From the human T2T-CHM13v2.0 reference genome, Homo sapiens: a stretch of DNA of 64,000 nucleotides. This document shows positions 29,571 through 47,958 of the stretch, piece after piece; positions within the stretch are counted from its first letter, which is position 1, and the number at the start of each line of letters is the position of its first letter. The notes under the pieces were generated by a model that was given only the letters and a program-made list of their open reading frames with translations, was not told the DNA's origin and did not search any database. The translations under genes and the position numbers were made by a program. The stretch lies in NCBI RefSeq assembly GCF_009914755.1, contig NC_060939.1; one strand, written 5' to 3'.

Positions 29571-30201
29571 GTGAGTCCCTGGGGATAGTAGTGAGGAGGC
29601 CTGAGGTTCAAAAGACTCTGTCCGTGGCACCACTGGGGCTTTTCTGTGCTGCAAGATCAGGTGTCTAAGACAAGAGACAAGTGATTTCCAACTGGAAGAA
29701 ATTGCGGCTAAGTCAGAAATCAGGGGCAGGTCAAAAATCAGCTTCCAGAACCTGGTAGCTCCTGAGCCCTCTCTCGTCACTCTCTAGCCCAGGACTGCAC
29801 AGCCCATCAGTCACGAAGCATCCTGAGGTTTAAGAGGAGGGGTGGTGATGTGAGCATGCACCCCTGGGGCCGAGAGGCTTCTGCACCATCTGCCTGTGCC
29901 TTGGGGTGGCCCCAGGCCCTTTCACTGTGACTACTAGCCTAGCACTTGGGTCTCTGGGCGGTGACATCAGGTAGTGTTCAGTGAGATTGTGGCTGAGTGC
30001 CAGGTGTCAAGAGTGCAAGTATTCTGACGTGCTATTGTCTGCTACCTTGGCTGGCCTGCTGGCTGGATCTCTCTGGGGTTCCCAGCACTAGCCAGCCCAG
30101 GAGTCTGCTCCAGACTCCCTCCTTCCTGGCCTTGGTGTGAATAGCACTGAGGGAGCCTGCGGCCCGGGCACTTACCTGACCTCTCCGCTGTGCTTCTGCA
30201 G

Positions 30202-30337
30202 GTACTGCACAGAGGACAGCCCCAGCTTTCCTCGGCCCTCCCTTCTGGAGAGCCACATCAGCCTTATGCATGGCATCAGAAACCCTGATTTGAGCCAGAC
30301 GTCCAAAGTGAAACCTCCGGGTGGACATTCCCCTCAG
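30202..30337 (+). CDS. ZNF592: ZNF592 coding exon 7 ([24 protein letters not shown]...HSPQ)
   Basis: cttctgcag|G acceptor, CAG|gtgagt donor, 136 nt, phase 2 to 0. Confidence 0.96.
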
Positions 30338-31399
30338 GTGAGTGTGGGCTCCCTGCCTATTGGAGCTGGCTGCTCAGTGAGGCTTGGAGCTGGAAGGGCA
30401 TTAGGAAGGCTACTGTTGTGGCCATGGAACAACCAGAGTGACAGCTTCCCTCAATGTGGGTCACTCTCTAGTCCTGTGTGACCCGCCTGGCACTGGACAC
30501 AAGTAGGGGATAAGGACAAAGACCCATAAGGTGGCCTGTCAGCCTTTTGTTACTGTTGCTTCCCTGTCACCACGGCCCCCTCTGTAGGGGTGTGCTGTGC
30601 TCTGTGGACATTGGTGCATTTTCACACATACCATTCTCTTTCTGCTTCACAGCAGTCCTGAGGCGGGAGCACACAGGACTACCTTGTCAGATGAGGATAA
30701 TGATGTTTGGCCAACTCACCCCCCAACCTTCTCACTAGTTATAGGAAGAGCCAGGCCTAGAACCTTCTATCCTGGCCCCTTGCCCTATGACCTCATCCCT
30801 GTTCCATGCCCTATTCTGATTTCTGGTGAACTTTGGAGCAGCCTGGTTTTTCCTCCTCACTCCAGCCTCTCTCCATACCATGGTAGGGGGGTGCTGTTCC
30901 ACAGAAGGGTCAGGTGTGTCTGGGAAGTCCTAAGAGCTGCCTGGAGTTTCAAGGCATTCTTAAAAACGTTCTTGCCTAATCAGATGGTGTCAGTAGTTGG
31001 CAAAGCCCCTTTCATGCGTAGTAGCTGGGGGTATCGATTGATGTTTTTGGCAACACCTGTCCAATTGTAAAATGTACATCCTCCCTTCCCCCAAAATGCA
31101 CATACCCTTTGATCCAGCAATTCTGCTTCTAGGATTTGTCTATTAGAGAGATCTTTTGCCTTGGGCATAAAGAAGTCTGCTAAAGGATGTTTGCTGCAGC
31201 ACTGTGTGCAGTAACAAAGACGGAACTCAGCTAAATGTCTGCCGTTGGGGACTTCTCATCCCCACATTGGGTTAGTGTGCTGCCTTTAGAAGAATGAAGC
31301 CTCTGTATGTTCTCCCATGGAAACATGCTCCAATGTATGTTGTTAAGTAAAACAAAAACAAAAACAAGAAAAACACAGGGTGAAGAAAAGCATGCATAT

Positions 31400-31872
31400 A
31401 CTGGGTGCGGTGGCTCATGCCTGTAATCCCATCACTTTGGGAGGCCAAGGTGGAAGGATCACTTGAGCCTAGGAGTTTGAGACCAGCCTAGGCAACATTG
31501 GGAGACTCTGTCTCTACAATAAATAAGTAAATAAATTAGCTGGGTGTGGTGGTGTGCACCTATAGTTCCATCTATTCAGGAGGCTGAGGTGGGAGGATCG
31601 CTTAAGCTCTGAGGTAAGACTGCAGTGAGCTGTGATCACGCCACTGCACTCCAGCCTGGGTAACAAAATGAGACCCTGTCTCAAAAATGAAATGAAATAA
31701 AATAAAATAATTAGCTGGGTTTGGTGATGTTCACTTGTAGTCCCAGCTACTCATGAGGCTGAGGTGGGAGGATCGCTTAAGCCCGGTAGGTCAAGGATGC
31801 AGTGAGCTGTGATTGTGCCTCTGCACTCCAGCCTGGGCAACAGAGTAAGACCCTGCCTCAAAAAGAAAAAGA
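31400..31872 (+). mobile_element. AluJ followed by an additional right arm
   Basis: Left-right-right arm arrangement. Confidence 0.85.
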
Positions 31873-32222
31873 AAAGTATGCATGGCATGCCATATTTTGT
31901 AAAAGACAATAGTTTTGTTTTTGTATAGGCATAGGATACCTCTTGGAGGAGCCACAAACCCAGGTAATATGTTCTTTGGAGAGCAGGTCTGGGGAGTGGG
32001 GTAGTCTCTATACCCTTCCCGTGCCTTTGGAGTATTGTGACACATGCATATGTTACATTACAAAACAAAGAATTGAAACAAACCAAACGTAAACCAGCGT
32101 TCAGGGCTGGGGTGACCCTGGCCTGGGTGGTGCTTTCTTTGAGTCCTTGGGCTCATGGTTATGTCTAGGGGCTCATGTCCAGGGCTTGGCCTGGACTTTG
32201 CTCATGCTGTCTCTCCTTTTAG

Positions 32223-32753
32223 GTGAACCATCTGAAAAGACCAGTCAGTGGAGTGGGGGACGCTCCAGGCACCAGCAATGGCGCAACTGTCTCTTCCACC
32301 AAAAGGCACAAGTCCCTTTTTCAGTGCGCGAAATGTAGTTTTGCCACAGACTCGGGGCTCGAGTTTCAGAGCCACATACCTCAGCACCAGGTGGACAGCT
32401 CCACAGCCCAATGTCTCCTCTGTGGTTTGTGCTACACCTCTGCCAGCTCCCTCAGCCGCCACCTCTTCATTGTCCACAAGGTGAGAGACCAGGAGGAGGA
32501 GGAGGAAGAGGAGGCGGCGGCAGCGGAGATGGCAGTGGAGGTGGCAGAGCCAGAGGAGGGCTCCGGGGAGGAGGTGCCCATGGAGACTAGAGAGAATGGA
32601 CTGGAAGAATGTGCCGGTGAGCCTTTGTCAGCTGACCCAGAGGCGAGGAGATTGCTGGGCCCGGCCCCTGAGGACGATGGTGGCCACAATGATCACAGTC
32701 AACCACAGGCCTCTCAGGACCAGGACAGCCACACACTGTCCCCTCAGGTGTGA
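32223..32753 (+). CDS. ZNF592: ZNF592 last coding exon (two C2H2 fingers, acidic poly-Glu/Ala tail, TGA stop)
   Basis: ctccttttag|GTG acceptor; TGA at 32751-32753; summed CDS 3804 nt = 1267 aa, the known ZNF592 length. Confidence 0.97.
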
Positions 32754-32825
32754 CCGGAGACTTTGCAGTGTGCATGGTCAGGGGTGGTGCCGAAGTGTCT
32801 TCCACCTGCCCTGCGGACCGTGGAA

Positions 32826-32831
32826 AATAAA
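32826..32831 (+). terminator. ZNF592: Proximal poly(A) signal AATAAA
   Basis: AATAAA ~70 nt after the stop, followed by GU-rich gtgtgagtgtg. Confidence 0.55.
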
Positions 32832-33636
32832 AGGCTCTGCCCCCAGTGTGAGTGTGACCGGTTGTACCCTGGAGTAGTGTCTGCCCTGAGCTGCCAGTGC
32901 TGGGTATCCCCCAGCCCCAGGAAATGTGGGGTCGGCCAGGACCCTCACAGCTCTGAATTTGCTTCTGTTATTTATGGCTTTTCGCTGCTTCTTGGTGCCC
33001 CATCTCTTGTCTGTGTCCTTCCAACCCCAAGCTGCTTATGTGGCCCAACCCCACTGCTGTCAACTAGGCTTGAACCCCACAGCGGCTGTGCTCTTCTGGG
33101 AGGTTCCCGCTTGCTGCCTTCAGCCAGGGCGCTCCTCAGAGCTCTATTTTCCTGCAGACACCAGCTCTCCTTCCTGCCTTTAGATCCTGAGAAGGAGGGA
33201 AATGAGGGGTGCTGACACAGTCCCTCTGGGAGAGCTCTGCCTAGTCTGGTTTGGCGAGGGCCCTTGATCACCTTGCCCCTCCTCCCTGTCTTCTCTGATT
33301 CTTTTCCCTCAAAATAGTCCTGAGAACTAATTGTCACACTGGCTCATCATGTCTCTGTGGGTGGGGTGGGAGAAACCTCTGCTGCACACCTCTGTTTGGA
33401 ACCTGGGCAGAGCAGGAGGTAAGGCAAAGGCAGGCAGGCACCAAGAACCAGACCCCTTGAGAAGGCGCTGTGGGTGGGTCTTTGTTCTGCTGTTCTGCCT
33501 TTCCTGACAGGTGGGGTTGGGGCACACAGACATTGGAATATTTGTACTGCTCTCGTGCCATTTGAGAGGCTGCTGCCCCAGGCAGGCCAGCCCCTACTCC
33601 TCTTGGCTACACTCATGTTGCTCAGACTATATTTCA

Positions 33637-33642
33637 AATAAA
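33637..33642 (+). terminator. ZNF592: Intermediate poly(A) signal AATAAA
   Basis: AATAAA with upstream TGTA (33543) and downstream tcttgtatt. Confidence 0.6.
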
Positions 33643-36600
33643 AAATCTTCTCACCATGCAGGTAGGCTCTTGTATTCCTCTCCAAGTGAGCCTGGCCCCA
33701 CCCTATTCCACCCAAGGGTCTTTCCCAGACTTCCCCTGTTTGTCCCATCTCTGAGGGAGAACAATACTTCCTACTGTCTAAGGAAGGCCTTCTCTAGATT
33801 CTGGAGCTTGTGGTTAGGAAACCGGGAGCCCTGTACTACTTAGTTCTCTAGAGACCTTCTGAAGGGGTGAGGGGAGCGGCTCCACAATGGTCAAGTCACC
33901 TCCAAGATCTCCAGGCTAGTGACATTGGCTTTAGGGCGTATCGAAATTTTCTAGGCACCTTCATCTTTCCTTCAGTTGATTTTCAACATAAGAGAACCCC
34001 TTACTGGTAAAAAGGGAAAAGGGGGTGGAGAAGAGGAATTTTATAATTTTCTTATAGCATTCAAGAGGTTTCTTATTTCTTACAGCATCGCTACTGCCAC
34101 AGAGAACTCAAATGTGGCAGAACTGGGATTAGACTTGGGAGACTGGCTGTCTTTTCACTGATGGTGGAGTCAGGGCCCACCCAAGCACGAGGAGCAGGCT
34201 GTGTGGAGGTGTCGTCTGACCTCTAACCCAGGTGGCATGGGGCTGCGCCCAGCAGGATGTAGTGGAGTAAAGGGAAGAGGGTGCTGGCCGGGTGCTTAGA
34301 GGTCATCTTTCAAGGAGGCATTAAATATCAATTATAAATTATTAAGTCAGATAAATATGCCTGACCTTTTCACAGTTGAAAAAATACATTTTTTCCCCTC
34401 TATCAAATGCCAAGTTTTTAGTGGAAATGCTAATGGCAGTGGGAAAGGTTGCCTCACTTTCAGAGAGACTCTCGCTGTCTGCACCCTTTTAATAATTGCT
34501 CTTCCTGGCAAGGCTGCCACTTCCCTGCCTCCCCAGCTGGCAGTGGGGCAACCCAGGCCTGTTTCCAGCTACCTGCAAAGCCAGACCTAGACCTGCCGTA
34601 GCTGTTGTCCCATGCCTAATTCTAGTTACAGGAAGCCATCCCTGTACCCTGGGTCCATTCACAGGAATGGGTTCCAGAGGAGGCTGATAGAAGGGTTTGA
34701 AATGACTGGCTGGATCCCTTCCTGCTCAGACACAGTGGTAGCTGGAGAGCAGGCAGAGATGGTAGAATTGCAGGTTTGACCACCTGTCGTGACCCCAGAT
34801 ATACATCTCCTTCCTGGGAAGAACGTGAGTTGGAAAAATGCTGAGCCAGTCCCTGGAAAACCTGGGTCCTGGCCTGGATTCTGTCCTTAGCCAGCTCTTA
34901 ACAAATCCCTTAACCTCACTGTCTCCTCTCCTTCACAATAGAGTTAGTAATTCCCATCCAACTGGCTTCACAGGCTTTTGTGAGCTTATGAATGTGAAAG
35001 TATTTTCTAGTTTATAAAACACTATATGAATGTGGGGAAATCTTTACTTGACCTTAGGGCATGGAGGGTGGAGCACATTTTGTCTGCTGTTTGGACTTGG
35101 ATGCTGATTAGCAGTTATGAAGTGGCCCAGACACCTAGCCATTCTTTAGTAAGAGTGAAGATAGCATTTTAAGCCCTCCTTGTGTGCCTAGCATCTTACT
35201 GAACACTTTCTGGTGATTCTCTCCTTTAATCCTCACAAAGATCTCACAGTTGTCCTCCATTTTACGGAGAAGAAACCGAGGCTCCGAGAGGTTAAACGAT
35301 GTGCAGAGGCTACCTGTAGTGATGGTGCTGAGTCAAGCCTGTCAACCACTGTGCTCGTTAGTGACCAAGGCTGCTTTGACAGGCTGCCAGCTTGTCAGTG
35401 GTTTGCAGCCCCCCAGACATTTGCTTTCCTACTTCCCATGCAGTTGGGGTGCCCTGCCAAGTGCCAGGTTCTCTTTGGAGTCCATCTGTGCCTTGTCACC
35501 CCAAGGAGGGCCTCGAGCATCACACCGTTGACATTTCGAAACGTGGTATCTCTACAACCTTTCATTCTCATTGGGATTTACCTTGCCATTTGAACACCAT
35601 CATTTTTTGAGGACTGTCTAGAAAAGGTTGCCTAACCCTCACAGGGAACACACAGTTCCCTCAGAGTCCAGCATCTTCTGGTCTTTTCTTTTTCAAGATT
35701 TTTTTAAATGGTTGTGCTATCATTTGTCATCATCAGAAAATGCTTGCTGTAACAAGCGTTTATCTGCACATTATGCTGCAGTGAATGCTCTACTGATCAA
35801 GTTAAACAGATAAGATCCCTTCCCTTGTAGAAACTACAACTTAATACAGTCTAAGACTTGACAAATTACTTAGTATTTATTTTCCAACTGCTTTATCTCT
35901 GTAAAATGATATGCTGAATTATTATAAGCTAATTGTTGTAGAAAGAACTTTCCCCTTAACTTATGTAAACAGTCTGGTTTTAAAAAATTTGATAATTGTG
36001 GCCCAGTAAGCTCAACACTTTGCCTTCCCCAAGACTGGGGAACCTCTGTCCTGTTCACCACTGTATATTCAGCACCAGGCAGTTTCTTTTTTTGTTTGTT
36101 TGTTTTTTTGTTTTGAAAAATTAATACATATACATGGTAAGACATTCCACAATACAAAAGGGTATACAATAAATGGTAAGCTTCCCCATGGAGGTCAGCC
36201 TCTAGTCCCCTCTCCAGAGTTAATCACTGTTATCTATATGTTGTGTATCCTTTCATAGCAATTCTATGCATTTACAAGTTTATAAATATGTATATTTATA
36301 TATCTATTTTTAATACAAATAGTAGAATTCTATACACAGTGTTCTGAAGCTTGCTTTCTTATATAGTATTTTGGAGATTATTCCAAATTCATACATTGGG
36401 TCAGAGTAATTCTTTAAAAGTTCCTTGCATATAACAGTGATTCAAAAAGTATATGGATGAATGAGTGAATGCTGCATGAATGAATGAATCTGATTCAATT
36501 GGTAGCTACAGCTGTTCTCTCAGGGTCTGATCTGACCAAGACAGCACCTTCTAGATTCTAGAATGTGTCCTCCTGACTAAGGGGTTCAGGATACTGTTCA

Positions 36601-36768
36601 CCTTCTCCAACAGATGCCACCGGAGCCTTAGGAACTGGGCACAGGAAGCCTTGGGCCCCTGGAGGAAAAAGTTGAGACTAGGACGCAGGTCCCAAGTATG
36701 GGATTTTTTTGGGTTCCTACTTAAAATGCTTTTTTCTTTATTGGAAAATGATGTAACATTTTAGAGAA

Positions 36769-36774
36769 ATTAAA
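36769..36774 (+). terminator. ZNF592: Distal poly(A) signal ATTAAA
   Basis: ATTAAA with upstream TGTA and U-rich sequence, and downstream gtagttgttttcattttt. Confidence 0.55.
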
Positions 36775-37189
36775 AAGCACACATATTTATAATCTCTTCC
36801 TCTTACCATTGTAGTTGTTTTCATTTTTGCCTATCACTTTCCAATCCTTGTTCAGCACATTTGTAATTGAATTTATGGTATAATTATGATAGCAGCAGTG
36901 GTTAACATTGAACATTTCTATATGGCAGACATTATTCTCACATTCATTTTTATTTAGCTTCACAACAATCCTGTAAGATACATACTACTACTATTCTTTT
37001 GGAGACAATAAAATTGAGGTTCAGAGTAGTTGAATGACTTCCTTAAGGCCATGGAGCTAATAAGGGGCAGAGCTGGAATTCACACTCAGGGGTGACTGAC
37101 ACTATACTGTCTCTGATTTTGTACTCTACTTTTCTCCACTTAACGCAGAAAATGTCCAGTACATGTTTCTACATAGCCTTTAAATCATC

Positions 37190-40148
<2,959 letters not shown>

Positions 40149-40849
40149 TAAAGAATGAGAAGATATAGCTGTTGAGGAAAAGGAGAGCTGAGATTCAAAG
40201 ACTTTCTTAGAAAAAGACAAAGACTTGAAAGGGAGGAAAAAGACTAGTTTACCTTGCAAGAAGACCAGGAGAAGCCTGGGCTGGGAAGAGCCTTTTCTAG
40301 GTTCAGTTGAAGATAGGGAGTTTATATACTGGGCCCAACTGACTAATTGCTGGCCCCTGACCACACACTTATCCTCTTATCTAATGATTGCTTTATTTTG
40401 GGACATGCCTAGATTTGTGGCAGTCCTGGATGGAATCAGAGCAGGTGGATTGGGGAAGACACGTGGCTGTGGCAGCTCTATCATTGAGTCCCAAATTCCC
40501 TTTCCAATCAAATGAGAATCAGGACTGACTTCTCATTGCCAGTAATCCTTTAATTGGTGTCCATTTACCCAAGCACAGCTGTGGCCACACAGCTATCCAG
40601 TCCCTGGATAGAAGCATGCCAGAGTGGCCAGCTCATCCCAGAGCGGTAGGACCTGGAGTGTCCACCCTCTTGGAATAGAGGCTCAGCTGCCTGAGCTGGG
40701 AGCTGTGGCAGCTCTTGGAGGGAGGTCAGACGAGCAGCAAAGAGCCCTGCAGACCAGCTGGCAGGAAGGGCAGCTTGTAGCACAAGGCAGTAAGTTCCCA
40801 CGGGAGGGCAGGATCAGCAGAAAGAACTGGGCTTTGTTGAACTCAGAGC

Positions 40850-41540
40850 TGAGACTTTAGAATGAGTGGAATCAAGCGAAGGAAAAATAGAGGAAACTGG
40901 AGGGATTGGATAGGTATTTGATTAATTTACCATGCTATTAATGACTCGCATTGAGATGTGGTTTGAGGAGCGTTGAGGACTGGAGTGGAAGCCAATGATG
41001 CTTCATAAGGAAGTTTTCAATGACCCCTGACCTCAGACCTGTGCCACAGCTTGTGGAGAAGGCCACCTCAGCATGAGTCCACATGGGTGCCAAAGAAGCA
41101 AAATAAGACCTGGAAAGTCTTCTGACCAGAATGAAGTTGATGATCATTATAATGTACTTTGCTCTAAAAAGCTCGTGTGAACTATGACCATTCATGGCAC
41201 AGGAGTTTGAGGTGAACATTGGCAAAGTAGATGCATCCAGAGAGGAACATCTTGCATGGCCTGAGGCTCTCAGTGCCATTTTGTTCAAGGAGCTGTTGAA
41301 GGAATTTGATGTTTCATCAAGAAAAGAGGTATTTCATGACCAGTATTTTCACGTCTTTGCGGAGCTATCATATCAAAAAGGAGTCTAGACATCTGTGTGG
41401 CTCCAGAGCAAAATTTGACTCAGAATAAAAGGAAAATCTGCCTGAAAATGAAATGGGCTGCTTGGAGGAGTAGCACATTCTCACGCCCTGGAGATGTGCA
41501 GGCACAGGCTAGGGCCCCTCCACCAGGGTTGTCTAGACAG
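40850..41540 (+). mobile_element. CR1/L3 3' fragment
   Basis: Resembles the L3 3' end (gaacattggcaaagtagatgcatccagagagg; aaatgggctg...ggagtag...ctggagatgtgcaggcacaggct). Confidence 0.55.
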
Positions 41541-41954
41541 TGCTGAGGCCCTGCAGTGGCAGGGAGAGGCTAGAGGTGTAGGGATTACTTAATGATGGCC
41601 CTTCCTGCCAACCGTGATCAGTCCCTGCTCCCCGCCCCCCGTTTCCTCTCCTCCACACAGATGGGACCACATGTGTCTCCCCTTAGTCTCTCTCTGTCCC
41701 AAGCCTGAGGACCAGCTGTGGTCCTCAGGAGCTCCACGTTAACCCTCAGGGACTGGCATCTGGCCACTGTCATTGGGTGGGCCTGGCTCTGACCTTATGT
41801 TTCAGCTCTACTCATTGGGTTGCTTCTACCTTGTTCAGGAGGCCAATGTTTGCAACTTCATAACCCAATTCTGTTAACCCATTATTGCTTGATATTGTGA
41901 CTGGCTCCCCTTGGGCTCTTTTGAGAAGTTTGGTAGTGAACTGAAAGATGGGGT

Positions 41955-44905
<2,951 letters not shown>

Positions 44906-45989
44906 TTAGCACTGGATGATGGGCAGAATTAAAAAAGATACAGACAAGAAGGAAAGGAAGTATAAGAGTAGGAAGATGAGATTTAACTTAAAAAAAAACC
45001 CCAAAAACAGGTAAGATTGTATACTTAGGATAAAAGAGACTTTAGGAGTGGGGAAGACTTTGATGAACAGTGGTTTTTGTTGAAAACTCACAGGCTCAAT
45101 GAAAAATTGAGTCAGTGAAATAATTTGGCTGTCTGTCAGGGAAGTTGTTAATGTCTGGAGCCCAGACCCACCCTTAATATAGGTGCGAATTTAGTTGTAG
45201 GTTGCTATGGTCTAACCTCTGCAGGGGCCACATTTTCCAGAGGAAATTGGTAATTTGGAATGGGTAACTAGTGGCACCATATCCATTGTCGTATGAGAAA
45301 TGGCCTGGAAGGGAAGTCCAGAGTCCCCATTGTGCTAGGCAAGGTCTCAAGGCTCTAGCCCCTGCCTCGTCATCCTCTCTCTACTTTCCTGTCGACTTCA
45401 TACTCAAGTGACGTGCATACCGGGCTGTGTCAGTCCTCCATATCTTTATACGTACTGTTCCCTCTATCTGGAATATTCGGTTCCTCCTGCTCCCCACCCA
45501 TAACAGTCTACTTGGCGAGGACCTACGTAATTTACAAAATCCTTCTCAAGTTTTACTTCCTTCCTTGTAAAACTGTCCTAATACAGGCAGAACTAACCAC
45601 TGTTTTCTCTGTACTTTGGTGCTTCCCTATACATAGTTTTAGAATTGTATGTTTTCCCCTGCATCGTATGTTGCCTGTCCCACCTATTAGACTGTGAGCT
45701 TCTTGCAGGCAGAGACCCTGTGACCCCGGCCTCTAGCACCTGTGCCCTAACCTGACCCATGAGTGTTCACATGCTTTCCCACCCACCCCCTTTTTTTCTC
45801 TGCTGCTTGAACCAGCATACACGATTTAAACAAATGAACCAGAACTCCAAGTGGGTTTTCAAATATTTGAAAGACTACCCTGTAGATGACTGAAGATTCT
45901 GTGCACCTCCAGAGAGCCAAGAGCAAGAATGAATGGGGACATGTGATCAAGAGATGAATTTGGGATCACTAGGAGAGAACACATTAGTA

Positions 45990-46570
45990 TTGGTCAGGAT
46001 ACTTCTACCAACAGAAGCCTAAATTGGAAATAGCAAAGGGAGAACTTTTTTGGTACACAGATTCCAAGGAAAGTTTGAACTGCCAACCTGCAGGAAGGCC
46101 AGGGACAAAGCTGGAACCCAGGAACACCTGAACGAGGGCACCTGAAAGCCACCAGGACCCTGTGTCCTTTGCCTCTGCTTCTCTCTGTGCTAGCTTCCTT
46201 ATTCCTCACTGTAAACTGGCTTACTCTACAGGGCAGGAAACATGGCTGCTGACAGCTGTGGCCTCACAGCTCAGTTTTCCACCACAGAGGGTCTGGTTTT
46301 CTTTCCCAATTCCAGTTAAAAATGTTTTAGAGAAGAACTTTATTGGCACAGCCAGGGTCTATAGTCAGGGAGATTGGGTACCGTGAATAGCCTGGCTTGA
46401 GTTTGATGGCAGTCAGCTGAGGCCAGGAGTGGGATCATGTGGGAACAAGGTAGTTGCCATTGGAACCACACGGAGTAGGGGAAAGCCATTTCCAAAAGGA
46501 GTAGGGATGGGTGCAGCTTCGAAAACAGAAGGGTTGGACTCCTTTGCTCCCACTTTCTAACAATTACAGC
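45990..46570. mobile_element. Old ERVL/MaLR-type LTR remnant (LTR33-like)
   Basis: ggaaacatggctgctgacagc and related degenerate LTR text; weak. Confidence 0.4.
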
Positions 46571-46651
46571 CATTTAGCTTCAGGTACTTTCTGGATGCTC
46601 TCAGGAAAATAGGAGAAAGAAGGATGGATAAAAAAGTCTGTGGGCACTTCC

Positions 46652-47052
<401 letters not shown>

Positions 47053-47687
47053 TCAGCCCATTTCCCCCTCTGGTGCTGAGAAATGGAGGCCGAAGGAGTG
47101 ATCTAGAAGTGTTAATTGAGCCCCTAATCTATGCTCGTTACTGGGGGTGTTGGGGGAGACAGGAGAGAGATCCCACGGGGTTCCGGCCTCCCAGGGACTC
47201 AGGTCACTAATGGAGGTGGCTTGGCTTGTCTACGTGCTGGGCCAACAGCCACTGGCGAGGCAAGGCGAGGGTCAGTCACGGCTGGTGCCAGGAAGAGGGC
47301 TGGTTCTTTGGCTCCCTGGTCTCCCGCGGTCTAGCCCAAGCTGGCCAGCGGTTGACCTGGCTCCCCTGGCCCCGGCCAGGCCTCGTGGACCCCTCATATG
47401 CCACACGGGACATGAGCAGGCCGGCCGGGAGCCGGGTCCCGGGAGCTCCACGAAGGGGCCTGTCCTCCATGACCAGGACACCCGCTGCGCCTTCCTCCCG
47501 AGGCCTCCCGGGCCTCTCCAGACGCGGCGCTACTGCAGACACCAGGGCCGCCAAGGGAGCGGACTCGGAGCCGGCCCTGGGGCGGGCACATGGGCCCCGG
47601 CGCCCCCCGGCGTCTCCAAGCCGCGCTGCCCGGGTCGGGCCAGGCCAGGGGAGGGACAGCAGCAGGTGACGACGGCCCGGCCACCGG

Positions 47688-47697
47688 CTATAAATAG
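47688..47697 (+). promoter_or_regulatory. ALPK3: Composite MEF2 site / TATA box (CTATAAATAG), with E-box CAGGTG at 47663-47668
   Basis: Exact match to CTA(A/T)4TAG and contains TATAAA; the only AT-rich patch in the island core; ~120 nt upstream of the Kozak ATG at 47816. Confidence 0.8.
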
Positions 47698-47815
47698 GGG
47701 CGCGCGTCAGCCGCGGGCGGGAGCGGCGGCGGCGGGCAGGGGCCCGGGGGCCGGGGCCTGGAGGACAGGCGAGGCAGCGGCGAGTGCGGGGCCGGCGGTC
47801 GGGGAGGGCGGTGCC

Positions 47816-47958
47816 ATGGGGTCGCGGAGGGCCCCCAGCCGGGGCTGGGGCGCGGGTGGGCGGTCGGGGGCGGGGGGCGACGGTGAGGACGACGGCCCCG
47901 TGTGGATCCCCAGCCCAGCCAGCCGGAGCTACCTGCTCAGCGTGCGGCCCGAGACCAG
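47816..47958 (+). CDS. ALPK3: ALPK3 (alpha-kinase 3) exon 1 coding part (MGSRRAPSRGWG...VRPET)
   Basis: Strong Kozak GCCATGG, donor AG|gtaagt at 47958/47959, 143 nt. An upstream in-frame ATG at 47210 (MEVAW...) adds 202 aa, matching the older long annotation. Confidence 0.93.

Larger units (their letters stand above)
32754..36800 (+). other. ZNF592: ZNF592 3'UTR, long form (end approximate)
   Basis: Follows the stop codon; Alu-free; ends near ATTAAA 36769-36774, which is followed by U/GU-rich sequence. Confidence 0.65.

Noticed and set aside
29569-29576. Possible splice disruption by a G>A change at c.3136 (Gly1046, codon split by an intron; historically linked to CAMOS ataxia as I recall)
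   Set aside because: The change would convert CGG|gtgagt to the consensus CAG|gtgagt, so it should not weaken the donor; this window carries the G allele
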